NCBI GenBank assembly: GCA_050292275.1
Contig: JBNKLI010000067.1
Location: forward strand, 18,718-82,717
Direction: 5' to 3'
From: Candidatus Thiodiazotropha sp.
GTDB lineage: Bacteria > Pseudomonadota > Gammaproteobacteria > Chromatiales > Chromatiaceae
Length of the DNA stretch: 64,000 nucleotides
Program-made: the position numbers and the translations under genes
Notes under the pieces: model-generated
What the model was told of the DNA's origin: nothing
Seen by the model: the letters and a program-made list of their open reading frames with translations, nothing else
The model's database searches: none
In this document: piece after piece, positions 41,003-50,401 of the stretch
How positions within the stretch are numbered: position 1 is the stretch's first letter
Layout: every line of letters starts with the position of its first letter

Positions 41003-42301
41003 ATGAAACGACCGGAACTTCTGTCACCCGCGGGCACCCTGAAGAATGCCCGTTATGCCTTTGCTTACGGCGCCGACGCCGTCTATGCCGGTCTGCCCCG
41101 CTATAGCCTGCGGGTCAGGAACAACGACTTCCTGGAGCAGAACCTGGCGATCGGCATCGCCGAGGCCCACGCCCTGGACCGCCGCTTCTATGTTGCCTGC
41201 AATGTGATGCCCCACAATGCCAAGCTGAAGACCTTCATCAGGGATCTGGAACCGGTGATCGGCATGGGGCCGGATGCCTTGATCATGTCCGATCCGGGAT
41301 TGATCCTGATGGTCAGGGAGACCTGGCCCGGGATGCCGATCCACCTCTCGGTGCAGGCGAACACGGTGAATGCCCAAGCGGTGCGTTTCTGGCAGCGCCA
41401 GGGTCTGACCCGGGTGATCCTCTCGCGGGAGCTCTCTCTCGAGGAGGTGGAGGAGATCAGGCAGGCGGTACCCGACATGGAGCTGGAGGTGTTCATCCAC
41501 GGCGCGCTCTGCATCGCCTACTCGGGCCGCTGTCTGCTATCGGGCTATTTCAACCATCGGGACGCCAATCAGGGCACCTGCACCAACAGCTGCCGATGGG
41601 ACTACAAGGTGTCGAAAAGCGTGGACCCGCCCAGGGTCGGGCCTGCGGGTGTCGATCGCCACAGCGATGCCGACGATGTCTACTATATCGAAGAGGGGGG
41701 CAGGCCAGGCGAACCGATGCCGGTGTTCGAGGATGAACACGGCACCTACATCATGAATTCGAGGGATCTGCGCGCGGTCGAGCATGTGGCGCGGCTGGTG
41801 GGGATAGGTGTGGACTGCCTGAAGATCGAGGGGCGTACCAAATCCCACTACTATACCGCCCGCGCCACCCAGGTCTACCGCCGGGCAATCGACGATGCGC
41901 TGGCGGGACGTCCCTTTCGCGCCGAATTGATGGCGGATCTGGAGAGCCTGGCCAACCGGGGTTATACCGACGGCTTCTATCAGCGTCATGAATCACAGGA
42001 GCTGCAGAACTATCGCTATGGCAGTTCACAGACAGAACGTCAGCAGTTCGTGGGCGAGGTGACCGGAGTCGATGGCGTCTCGGGTCTGATCGATCTGGAT
42101 GTGAAGAACAAAATCCGGGTCGGCGACCGGCTCGAGCTCCTGACCCCGGCGGGAAACCGCAGTTTCGTGTTGCGACGGATGGAGGATCGCAACGGCAATG
42201 CCATGGAGGAGGCGCCGGGCGCCGGCTACCGGGTTCGCGTCGAACTGCCGACCCGCGCAGTGGAGAACGCCCTGCTGTGCCGCTATCTCGATCAGTCGTA
42301 G
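41003..42301 (+). CDS. trhP: tRNA 5-hydroxyuridine modification protein TrhP (YegQ), U32 family
   Basis: PELLSPAG, YGADAVYAG.PRYSLRVRNN, HGALCIAYSGRCLLSGY.NHRD.NQGTCTNSCRW and EDEHGTYIMNS motifs. Confidence 0.95.
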   Translation: MKRPELLSPAGTLKNARYAFAYGADAVYAGLPRYSLRVRNNDFLEQNLAIGIAEAHALDRRFYVACNVMPHNAKLKTFIRDLEPVIGMGPDALIMSDPGLILMVRETWPGMPIHLSVQANTVNAQAVRFWQRQGLTRVILSRELSLEEVEEIRQAVPDMELEVFIHGALCIAYSGRCLLSGYFNHRDANQGTCTNSCRWDYKVSKSVDPPRVGPAGVDRHSDADDVYYIEEGGRPGEPMPVFEDEHGTYIMNSRDLRAVEHVARLVGIGVDCLKIEGRTKSHYYTARATQVYRRAIDDALAGRPFRAELMADLESLANRGYTDGFYQRHESQELQNYRYGSSQTERQQFVGEVTGVDGVSGLIDLDVKNKIRVGDRLELLTPAGNRSFVLRRMEDRNGNAMEEAPGAGYRVRVELPTRAVENALLCRYLDQS

Positions 42302-42316
42302 CGACCATCCCGTCCC

Positions 42317-43207
42317 ATGAAAGTAGGCTTGAGAGTATGCGTCAACACCCTGCGCGGCGCCCTCGTGGGGGTGCCGGCGCTGTTGAGGCTGTTCGATGAA
42401 TACAAGGTCAGGGCGAGCTTCTTTTTCGCCACCGGCGCCGACAAGAGCGGGCGGCGTATAGGCCGAACCCTGCAACCCTGGTACCGGGAGCTCGATATCC
42501 CCTCGCGGCTCTACGGCATAGTGCTGCCGCCGCCGATCATCCACAGGCGGGCGGCGCAGAGCCTGCGATCGGTCGCTGAAGCGGGGCATGAGACGGGGAT
42601 TCTCTGTCACGACAGGGGCCGCTGGCTCGATGGCATCGCCCATGCCGACGCCTCCTGGACCGGCAGCGAACTGAACCAAGCGATCGAAGCCTATGCGGCG
42701 GTATTCGGCGATCCTCCCGTTTGTATGGCTGCCGCCGGCTGGCAGCTCAATTCCCACCTGTTGAAACTTCAGGAGCTGAATGGTTTCCACTATGCCAGCG
42801 ATGTCAGGGGCAGGACGATCTTCTATCCGCGCCTGCTGGATGTCGAGTCGAACTGCCCCCAGATACCGACGACGCTGCCGACCCTGAGCGAACTCCTGGT
42901 CCAGGGTGGGGCCCAGGGCGGGGCGATCACAACGGATAATGTGCACGAGTATATCTACGCGGAGAGTCAGCACATCCTGCCTCATGGCCATATCTACTCC
43001 TGTGACGCGGAGATGGAGGGGATGACCTGTCTTCCATTGATGGAGAAGCTGATCGTGATGTGGAAAGGCATGCAGGGGGGGATTCAGCCGCTAGGTCAGT
43101 TCATCGATGAAGCGGAGCTGGCACATCTGGCGAGACACCAGGTCGGATGGGCGCCGCAACCTGGTGGTAATGTCCATTACGCCACCCAAAGCGTAAGATC
43201 CTCCTGA
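42317..43207 (+). CDS. ArnD-like polysaccharide deacetylase-fold protein, catalytic residues apparently substituted
   Basis: KVGLRV.V.TLRG...GVP.L, ASFFF..G.D.SGR, AAAGWQ, YASDVRG, PQIPTTLPT and AEMEG match the ArnD layout. Confidence 0.8.
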   Translation: MKVGLRVCVNTLRGALVGVPALLRLFDEYKVRASFFFATGADKSGRRIGRTLQPWYRELDIPSRLYGIVLPPPIIHRRAAQSLRSVAEAGHETGILCHDRGRWLDGIAHADASWTGSELNQAIEAYAAVFGDPPVCMAAAGWQLNSHLLKLQELNGFHYASDVRGRTIFYPRLLDVESNCPQIPTTLPTLSELLVQGGAQGGAITTDNVHEYIYAESQHILPHGHIYSCDAEMEGMTCLPLMEKLIVMWKGMQGGIQPLGQFIDEAELAHLARHQVGWAPQPGGNVHYATQSVRSS

Positions 43208-43218
43208 GCAGCTCATAA

Positions 43219-43797
43219 ATGCAACAGCTACTGCAGACAAAGAGGCTGATTCTTCGGCAGTGGCGTGATGAGGACTTCGCCCCCTTCGCGCGGATCAATG
43301 CGGACCCCAGGGTAATGGAGTACTTTCCCAATACCTTGCCGCGCTCCGAGAGTGATGACCTGGCCGATAGATGCCGGGAGCTGATCACGGCAAGGGGCTG
43401 GGGCTTCTGGGCGGTGGAGTTGAAGCCGGTTGGAGATTTCATCGGCATTGTCGGCCTCAATCCGGTCGATGAGCGAATCCCCTGCACACCTGCTACGGAA
43501 GTCGGCTGGCGGCTCTCTTTCAAGCATTGGGGCAAGGGATACGCCACCGAAGCCGCCAACAAGGCATTGGAGTATGCCTTCGAAGAGTTGCTGCTGGATG
43601 AGGTGGTTGCCTTTACCACGTTACTGAATGCGCGATCCAGGGCGGTCATGGAACGCCTCGGCATGGTCGATACCCAGCGCAATTTCATGCATCCGGCAAT
43701 AACGCCGGGTCACCCACTATCCGAGCATGTGTTATATTCGATCTCCAGCAAGGGTTGGAAGCGCAGAGAAGACATCGCTAATGAAGGTGCCCCGTAA
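43219..43797 (+). CDS. GNAT family N-acetyltransferase (RimJ/RimL-like)
   Basis: TKRLILRQW, EVGWRL...HWGKGYATEAA and N.RSRAVMERLGM motifs. Confidence 0.93.
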   Translation: MQQLLQTKRLILRQWRDEDFAPFARINADPRVMEYFPNTLPRSESDDLADRCRELITARGWGFWAVELKPVGDFIGIVGLNPVDERIPCTPATEVGWRLSFKHWGKGYATEAANKALEYAFEELLLDEVVAFTTLLNARSRAVMERLGMVDTQRNFMHPAITPGHPLSEHVLYSISSKGWKRREDIANEGAP

Positions 43798-44170
43798 CAA
43801 AAAGGATCTCATGGCATGGCCGCCTATGGGGGCGGGGGTAGGCTCCATACTGGGCATGACCCTGGTAGACGCGCTCGGCGTATTCCATAAGACAATCCTG
43901 AACATTGAGGGTGCAACCATCCCGATAGGCTATCTCTTTCCCGTCTGCATGGGGATAGGCATAGCGATTCGACTTGATGCCGGGGATTGGCTGGGATATG
44001 CCTGGTTGGGTTTTCTCCTCTATTTGTTTGGATTATTGATAAAGTTCTTCTCCATCGAGGGCGCGATGGGGCATCTCTATACTGTGTTGATAAGTTGTGC
44101 AATCCTGCTCACTGCGCAATCCGTGTTTCTCTATTTCAAGGGACGACTAAGCAGTGAGTCTCCATCCTGA
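43781..44170 (+). CDS. Hypothetical membrane protein (about 4 TM)
   Basis: Four hydrophobic segments; ATG overlaps the end of the GNAT gene. Confidence 0.6.
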   Translation: MKVPRNKKDLMAWPPMGAGVGSILGMTLVDALGVFHKTILNIEGATIPIGYLFPVCMGIGIAIRLDAGDWLGYAWLGFLLYLFGLLIKFFSIEGAMGHLYTVLISCAILLTAQSVFLYFKGRLSSESPS

Positions 44171-44735
44171 ACAAATACGTAGGGTGCGGCTTGCCGCACC
44201 TTTCTCTTATTCACAAGCTCCCGTATAGGGACACATACCATGTACTGCTATCCATCCCGATATATGCAAAAAAATCGAGAGGAGGAGTAACCACGCCTTC
44301 ACAGGTGGAAACATCCCGCATTGCCAATTCGGGCGGTTATTTGTAGATACGGTGCGGCAAGCCGCACCCTACGATTTGCTTCACTTTTTCAGCTAATATA
44401 GAGATGAACACAATCCGCTAACCGATGAGGATACATGATGCCAGAATATCATCCTGAATAAACACGTAGGGTGCGGCTTGCCGCACCTTCTCTTATTTTC
44501 AAGCACCTGTACAGGGACACATACCTCGCGCTGCTATCCATGCCTGATACATGCAAAGAGATAGAGCGGTGGAGCAACTAGTCAGCCATAGGTGGAAACA
44601 TCCCGCATAGCCAATTTCAACGAGTATTTGTAGATACGGTGCGGCAAGCCGCACCCTACGATTTGCTCCGCTTTACCAGCTAATATAGAGATGAACAGAA
44701 TATGCTAATCGATGAGGATACGTGATGTCAGAATA
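44163..44735. repeat. Diverged tandem duplication (period 287 bp), each unit carrying a GTAG REP doublet with a 150-nt spacer
   Basis: Units begin CATCCTGAA at 44163 and 44450; REPs at 44179-44200, 44351-44372, 44466-44487 and 44638-44659; units alignable along their whole length. Confidence 0.92.
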
Positions 44736-45147
44736 CAGTGTTGACGGCAGTTGTCTGTGTGGCGAGGTTGCCTATGCGATCAAGGGTAACCTGGGAATAT
44801 TTCAATATTGCAACTGCTCGCGATGCCGAAAGTTCACCGGCAGCGCATTCGCCGCCAACCTGCTTGTGTCACCGCAGGATTTTGAATGGCTGAAAGGAGA
44901 GGAGCTGGTCGGCAGGTACGAGCTGGCTGAGGCCAGACACTTCGCCACCTGTTTTTGTAGGAAGTGCGGGTCTTCCCTGCCCTGGCTGGCGCAAAGCGGA
45001 AAGGCGGTGATCGTACCCGCAGGGACACTCGATGCCGATCCGCAAATCAGGCCGATACAGAATATCTATTGCGCTTCCAGGGCTGTCTGGTACCGGGAGC
45101 CCACTGAGTTGCCTTCCTATGACGAGCTTCCGACTAAAAGCAAGTGA
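44722..45147 (+). CDS. GFA (glutathione-dependent formaldehyde-activating/Mss4-like) family protein
   Basis: GSCLCG, CNCSRCRK and FCRKCGS Zn motifs; GAGG RBS. Confidence 0.93.
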   Translation: MMSEYSVDGSCLCGEVAYAIKGNLGIFQYCNCSRCRKFTGSAFAANLLVSPQDFEWLKGEELVGRYELAEARHFATCFCRKCGSSLPWLAQSGKAVIVPAGTLDADPQIRPIQNIYCASRAVWYREPTELPSYDELPTKSK

Positions 45148-45153
45148 ATTTGA

Positions 45154-45369
45154 AGTCCGCAAATGAACGCTAATAAACGCAAATAATGCCTCTTATAGCT
45201 TGCGTATTATCACACTGTCCTGTTGGATTTCCACAGCATGCAAAGTATGCATACTGCTGCGTTAACGCCACCCCCTGATGCGGGTGGAAGCGTAACTGAA
45301 TTATCCTGTGATCATCAACTGATTCAAAGATCCTCTTAATTTGCGTTTATTAGCGTTCATTAGCGGACT
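45154..45369. repeat. Inverted-repeat element with 31-bp arms, AGTCCGCAAATGAACGC family
   Basis: AGTCCGCAAATGAACGCTAATAAACGCAAAT (45154-45184) versus reverse complement of 45339-45369: 30/31 identical. Confidence 0.85.
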
Positions 45370-45384
45370 GATTTTATCTTCAAA

Positions 45385-46380
45385 TTACAAACCCAGTTCG
45401 GGCAGTGCCTCGATCAAATAGGGTTTCGCATGCAGATAGTGAGTGGTCTTGCGCTTGTTGTCGATGTCCTGGAATACGTACTTTGCCTGCTCCTCCGATA
45501 TGTTCAGCATCTGCGCCAGTTCACCTGCCGAGGCACCGGCATTGCGAGCCCACAGCGCCTTGTCCATCTCCTGGTAGGGGAGCGCGAAGTAGAACTCGTC
45601 CTGCCCCTGGGGCAGGCTGTAGGTGTCGGTTGTCGGTGTGGCGTTGCAGATCGAATCGGGCAGGCCCAGATGCTTCGCCAGCGCATAGACCTGAGTCTTG
45701 TAGAGGTGGGCGATCGGCTTGAGGTCGGCGGAACCGTCACCGTTTTTCACAAAGAATCCCTGGTCGTATTCGAGGCGGTTGGGGGTGCCGATCACCGCGT
45801 AGTTCAGGCGGTCCGCATGGTAATACTCGAGGGTCTTGCGAATCCGCTGCTTGAAGTTGGTGGCGGCCACTATCTGCAGGTACTCCCTGAGATCGAGGCG
45901 TTTCTCATGCTGCTGACCCTGGGGATCCTGCACCACCAGGCTGAAGTGGTTGACCTGGCCGTCGAGTCCGCCCTTGATGACGATCTTGTTCTTCCAGCCT
46001 TCGCCATACTCCGGAAAGGTCTTGATAATGGCCTCGTCCCGGGCACTATAGCAGCCGATGGCCTCGAGGGTTGCGGCGATGTTGTGGGTTGCATGGTCGA
46101 CACCCAGATGCTCGATCAGCTGGCTGCCCCGCGATTGGGTATCCTGGGCTGAGTCGACTTCGGGAAGCTGCAGGAAAAAGGCCTTTTTGGGACCAAACGC
46201 CCGGACCGCTAGGGCTGCCGATACAGAGCTGTCTATACCGCCTGAAACCGCAACGACCACGCCGCGCCTGCGCAGCTTCGTGCGCATGATTTCACGCATC
46301 GATTCACAGATCTTTTCAACCTCTTTGTCGCGGTCGAAATTGATGATTTCATCTTCGTACCGCTGTGCTAATGATTGCAT
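45385..46380 (-). CDS. nadE: NH3-dependent NAD(+) synthase-like protein of the asnB/ACP cluster type
   Basis: VAVSGGIDSSV, NFKQRIR, GTPNRLE...GFFVKNGDG and PIAHLYKTQV motifs; no glutaminase domain. Confidence 0.88.
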   Translation of the reverse strand: MQSLAQRYEDEIINFDRDKEVEKICESMREIMRTKLRRRGVVVAVSGGIDSSVSAALAVRAFGPKKAFFLQLPEVDSAQDTQSRGSQLIEHLGVDHATHNIAATLEAIGCYSARDEAIIKTFPEYGEGWKNKIVIKGGLDGQVNHFSLVVQDPQGQQHEKRLDLREYLQIVAATNFKQRIRKTLEYYHADRLNYAVIGTPNRLEYDQGFFVKNGDGSADLKPIAHLYKTQVYALAKHLGLPDSICNATPTTDTYSLPQGQDEFYFALPYQEMDKALWARNAGASAGELAQMLNISEEQAKYVFQDIDNKRKTTHYLHAKPYLIEALPELGL

Positions 46381-46476
46381 TGACTATTCTCCGACTGTTA
46401 TTCCACTTGGTGTTGACGGGCTATCCTTCACTGCCGGAACCACTTCAGTTGGTTCAATATCACAAATTCAAGACAT

Positions 46477-48000
46477 CTACTTAAGCAGGAACTTCTGTAT
46501 CTTGCCGGAGGCGGTCTTCGGCAGTTCATCGATGAACTTGATGGATTTCGGGATTTTATAGATAGCCAGATTTTTTTTGCAGTGGTGCTGGATTGTTCTC
46601 TGTTGCAGATCGCTGCCTTTCCTGGGCACGACATAAGCCTCGATGATCTCTCCAAGCAACTCGTCGGGACAACCGACGACTGCGACCTCCTGTACCTCCT
46701 CCAACTCCTGGATGACCTCTTCGATCTCCTTCGGACTGATGCGGTTGGCCCCGCTCTTGATCATATCCGAAGAGCGCCCATCGATATAGAGGTAACCATC
46801 GGTATCGGTATGCGCCAGGTCGCCGGTGTAGAGCCAGCCGTCCCTGAGCACCTCGGCGGTCTTCTCCCTGTCTTTCCAGTAGCCCTGCATGATGTTGTCG
46901 CCATGGGCGCAGATCTCCCCGGTTACCCCCGGCGCCACGACTTCACCTTCCTTGTTTCTCACCTCGATGGTCGTGTTGGGTATGGCGATGCCTATGGAAC
47001 CGCGTTTCTTTTCCAGCAGGCTCGGTGGCAGATAGGTCAGGCGTGCACTGGCTTCGGTCTGACCGTACATGATGAAGAGCTCGGTATGGGGCAGGGCGCT
47101 GGTCAGTCTGTCCGCCAGCGCAGGGGCCATTGCGCCGCCCGCCTGGGTGATATACCGCAGTTTCGAAAGATCGTAGTCGTCCAGGTTGACCCTGCTGAGC
47201 AAGAGTGCGAAGGTCGATGGGACGCCGGAGAAACCGCTTACCTGCGCCTCGGCCATCTTCTGCATGATGCGATGGGGATAGAGCAGGCTGTTCTCCAGTA
47301 TCAGCCCCGCACCGATGGCCAGGTGGGTGTGCAGGATGGAGTTGCCGTAGGAGTAGTAGAAGGGCAGCACGTTGAGAACGCTGTCCTCGGCCGTGAGTCC
47401 GAGGTAGCTCAGGATAGAGTCGACATTGGCGTAGAGATTGCCGTGGCTGAGGGTAACCCCCTTGGGTTGACCGGTAGTGCCCGAGGTATAGATGATAGAG
47501 GCCAGGTCGGATCCCTTCAGCCCGAGTTGCGGCTGCAGCGGACCATGCTCGATGATCTGTTGCCAGGTCGGTCCATGGCGGCCTTTTTCTTTCTCCGCCC
47601 TGGTGCCGACATCGACCAGGATGAACTCCCTGCCGGCTTCGGTAACGGCTTTGCGTTCCGGGTGTCGCTGGTCGATAAACAGCCACCTGGCATCGGAGTG
47701 GTCCACCCAGTTGATGATGTCCCTGGCCTTTGCCTGGGTGTTGAGCGCAACGGTCACCCCGCCCGCGGCCCAGATGCCGTAGAAGATCCCGGCATACTCG
47801 GCCGAATTGGCGACAACCATGGCGACCCTGTCACCTTTTTGCAGTCCCGCGCGGGTGAGGTAGTGACAGACCCTGGCGGCGAGATCCGACAACTGCCGGT
47901 AGCTGATCCGCTGCCGGCCGTCTGCGACAGCGAGCGCGTCGGGATGTTCCGCGACACTCTCTCTGAAGCGATCGATCAGGGTTGCCGGGCTCGCTGACAC
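46477..48000 (-). CDS. AMP-dependent acyl ligase (class I adenylate-forming enzyme)
   Basis: YTSGTTGQPKG, YGQTEA, TGDLA, GR..DMIKSG and LPKTASGKI motifs; GTG start right after the ACP stop. Confidence 0.93.
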   Translation of the reverse strand: MSASPATLIDRFRESVAEHPDALAVADGRQRISYRQLSDLAARVCHYLTRAGLQKGDRVAMVVANSAEYAGIFYGIWAAGGVTVALNTQAKARDIINWVDHSDARWLFIDQRHPERKAVTEAGREFILVDVGTRAEKEKGRHGPTWQQIIEHGPLQPQLGLKGSDLASIIYTSGTTGQPKGVTLSHGNLYANVDSILSYLGLTAEDSVLNVLPFYYSYGNSILHTHLAIGAGLILENSLLYPHRIMQKMAEAQVSGFSGVPSTFALLLSRVNLDDYDLSKLRYITQAGGAMAPALADRLTSALPHTELFIMYGQTEASARLTYLPPSLLEKKRGSIGIAIPNTTIEVRNKEGEVVAPGVTGEICAHGDNIMQGYWKDREKTAEVLRDGWLYTGDLAHTDTDGYLYIDGRSSDMIKSGANRISPKEIEEVIQELEEVQEVAVVGCPDELLGEIIEAYVVPRKGSDLQQRTIQHHCKKNLAIYKIPKSIKFIDELPKTASGKIQKFLLK

Positions 48001-48001
48001 G

Positions 48002-48247
48002 CTACTGGCTTTTCCTTGCAATGAACGAGACGATATTGCTGACCGAATCGAGGTTTTCCGGCACCATCTCCGTATCTTCGACCTTGATTCCGAATTCGTC
48101 CTCCAGGAAGTAGATGACTTCCAGGATTCCGGTTGAATCCAGAATACCCTTGTCCAGGAAGGAGTCCGCGCTGTCCAGTGCAGACTGATCCTCCGTGAAC
48201 AGGTAGTTCTCCAGTATGTAATTTCTGATCGTTGCTTCTGTTGACAT
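48002..48247 (-). CDS. Acyl carrier protein
   Basis: 81 aa, acidic, GILDSTG phosphopantetheine site, FGIKV.D.E..PENLDS. Confidence 0.93.
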   Translation of the reverse strand: MSTEATIRNYILENYLFTEDQSALDSADSFLDKGILDSTGILEVIYFLEDEFGIKVEDTEMVPENLDSVSNIVSFIARKSQ

Positions 48248-48423
48248 GAAGTTACCCAAAGTTTTGAAAATTTGATCTCGAAACCGATGCCCGGTCACAC
48301 TGTAAGTTGACCGATAAAAACGCATATTCAGTTCATATGCCCATATTGTAAAATGCTAAGTTTATATGAAATAGGTATTTTTTCACTCCCTGCCGATGTT
48401 GTTCATAACCGGGAGCCCAGGAT

Positions 48424-50364
48424 TCAAGTTGAGGCTATCGGCGATTGTTCGATGAGCTGTTCATCAACCAGCATGCTGGAGAGTATGCCCACGAAAGCCA
48501 TGTTGTCGGCGAATCCAAGGGCCTTGCCCCGGGCGCATTTTTTTACCAGCATACTGACGCTTTTCGGATTGTAATATCCCGCTTTGCGTATCCGTTCCTC
48601 ACTCAGCAGATAATCGACATACTCCAGGGGCTTGCCCTCATGGAAGAATGATTGACTGTCTGGCGCCCGATAGGGTTGCTTGCTGCGTCTTCTGATGCTT
48701 TCCGGAATCAGTCCCTGCATGGTCTGCTTGACTATATACTTCTCATTCAGGCCCATGATTTTGTATCGGCTGGGCAGGGTTGCCGCGAATTCTATCACCC
48801 GATGATCCAGGAAGGGGTATCTTCCTTCGATGGAGTTTGCCATTGCCACCCGGTCGCCCTGGGAGCTGAGCAGATAGCCCGACAGCAGGGTGTTGGCCTC
48901 TATGTACTGGTCCCGGTTGAGTGGTTTCCATGCATTGATCCCGGACGGCAGAATGCGATTGATGGTCTCGAAATCGACGGGTTGCTTGACTGCCGCGCGC
49001 GCCTCTTCGGAGAAGAACTGCATGATGCGCTGAGTCGTTGCCCAGCGTGGGATATGGGCGAAGTAGGGCTTGTCGAGATGTTCCATGCCCTGTTGAAAGA
49101 AGCGTTTGGAAAAGTCGCCGCTGGCGGTGGGGGAGTGTTTCAGATAGGGGTAGAGGCGCTGTAGAATCAGCGGTCGCCACTGCGAATCCGGGGCATGGCT
49201 CCAGAAGCGCCTCACTTTCGCTTCTTTGAAGATGTCGTAACCGCCGAACACCTCATCCGCCCCCTCACCAGTCAGCACGACCTTGTAGCCTGCCTCCCTG
49301 ACGGCGGCTGAGAGCAGCATCAACGGGGTTGGAGCAGTCCTCACGATCGCCGACTCGGTATGCGAGATAACCCGGGGGAAGGCGGCACCGATATCGGATC
49401 GCTTGCACAGCACGTGGGTATGGTTGGTGCCCAGGTAGTCGACCAGGTCCTGTTGAAATCCGCTCTCGTCGAACTCTTCATCCTCGAAGCCGATGGAGAA
49501 GGTGCGCAGTGGCGTATCGGTGAAGTTCTTGATCAGCGAGGTGAGCACGGATGAATCGAGACCGCCGCTGAGATAGGCGCCCACGGGTACGTCTGAACGA
49601 AGCTGCAGCCGCACCGAGTCGATCATCAAGGCCTTCAGCTCTTCGCTCCAATCCGCCACCGATTTGGTGTTGTCGATGCCTTCGTTGGGGTATGACCAGT
49701 CCCAATATCTGGAGAGGCGTTTGGTTCCGTTTTCGATCACCATCAGGTGGCCGGGTGGGACCATCTCCACCGATTCGAAGAGTGAATGGGGTGGCAGGGT
49801 CGTCCAGAACGTAAACACCTCCTGCAGGGCGGTCAGATTGATCTCGCGGGGAATGGCGGGGTGTGCGAAAAGAGACTTCACCTCCGAGGCGAAGTAGAGC
49901 CTGTCTGTGGTTTCGATGGTGAACAGGGGGCGTATGCCTGTTCTGTCCCGCGCGAGTACCAGCTTCTGTTTATTGCTGTCCCACAGAGCAATGGCGAACT
50001 GCCCGTTCAGATGTTCGACGAACCCCTCCGCATACTCTTCATAGAGATGGACAATGACCTCGGTATCGGAGTGGGTGTAGAAGCGATGTCCCTGTTTCTT
50101 CAGCTGCTCAGTCAGTTCCACATAGTTGAATATCTCGCCATTGAACACCACCTGTACCGACTGGTCCTCGTTGTGGATCGGCTGATCGCCCCCCGCCAGG
50201 TCGATGATGCTGAGCCGGGCATGGGCCAGTCCCACCCTGTCATGAGTGTAGTAGCCGTAACCGTCGGGGCCACGGTGATGGACGGCATGTATCATGCCTT
50301 CGAGTTCGGTCCTGGAAGGAGGGACACCATCCCTGAGATTGAAGATGCCTGCTATACCGCACAT
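48424..50364 (-). CDS. asnB: Asparagine synthase (glutamine-hydrolysing) family amidotransferase
   Basis: MCGIAG, HRGPDG, ARLSIIDL, FNGEIFN, LSGGLDSS, TGEGADE and EGRYPFLDH motifs. Confidence 0.94.
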   Translation of the reverse strand: MCGIAGIFNLRDGVPPSRTELEGMIHAVHHRGPDGYGYYTHDRVGLAHARLSIIDLAGGDQPIHNEDQSVQVVFNGEIFNYVELTEQLKKQGHRFYTHSDTEVIVHLYEEYAEGFVEHLNGQFAIALWDSNKQKLVLARDRTGIRPLFTIETTDRLYFASEVKSLFAHPAIPREINLTALQEVFTFWTTLPPHSLFESVEMVPPGHLMVIENGTKRLSRYWDWSYPNEGIDNTKSVADWSEELKALMIDSVRLQLRSDVPVGAYLSGGLDSSVLTSLIKNFTDTPLRTFSIGFEDEEFDESGFQQDLVDYLGTNHTHVLCKRSDIGAAFPRVISHTESAIVRTAPTPLMLLSAAVREAGYKVVLTGEGADEVFGGYDIFKEAKVRRFWSHAPDSQWRPLILQRLYPYLKHSPTASGDFSKRFFQQGMEHLDKPYFAHIPRWATTQRIMQFFSEEARAAVKQPVDFETINRILPSGINAWKPLNRDQYIEANTLLSGYLLSSQGDRVAMANSIEGRYPFLDHRVIEFAATLPSRYKIMGLNEKYIVKQTMQGLIPESIRRRSKQPYRAPDSQSFFHEGKPLEYVDYLLSEERIRKAGYYNPKSVSMLVKKCARGKALGFADNMAFVGILSSMLVDEQLIEQSPIAST

Positions 50365-50401
50365 AGTATCAGTCGCTCAGATCTTAATTTGTAATTCATT
50401 A

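Noticed and set aside
44179-44659. Regularly spaced repeats resembling a CRISPR array
   Set aside because: Repeats alternate in orientation, spacers are 93-150 nt and duplicated, and there are no cas genes; these are REP doublets
43219-45147. Integron-like cassette array (GNAT, membrane protein, GFA)
   Set aside because: No attC-type RYYYAAC...GTTRRRY ends and no integrase visible
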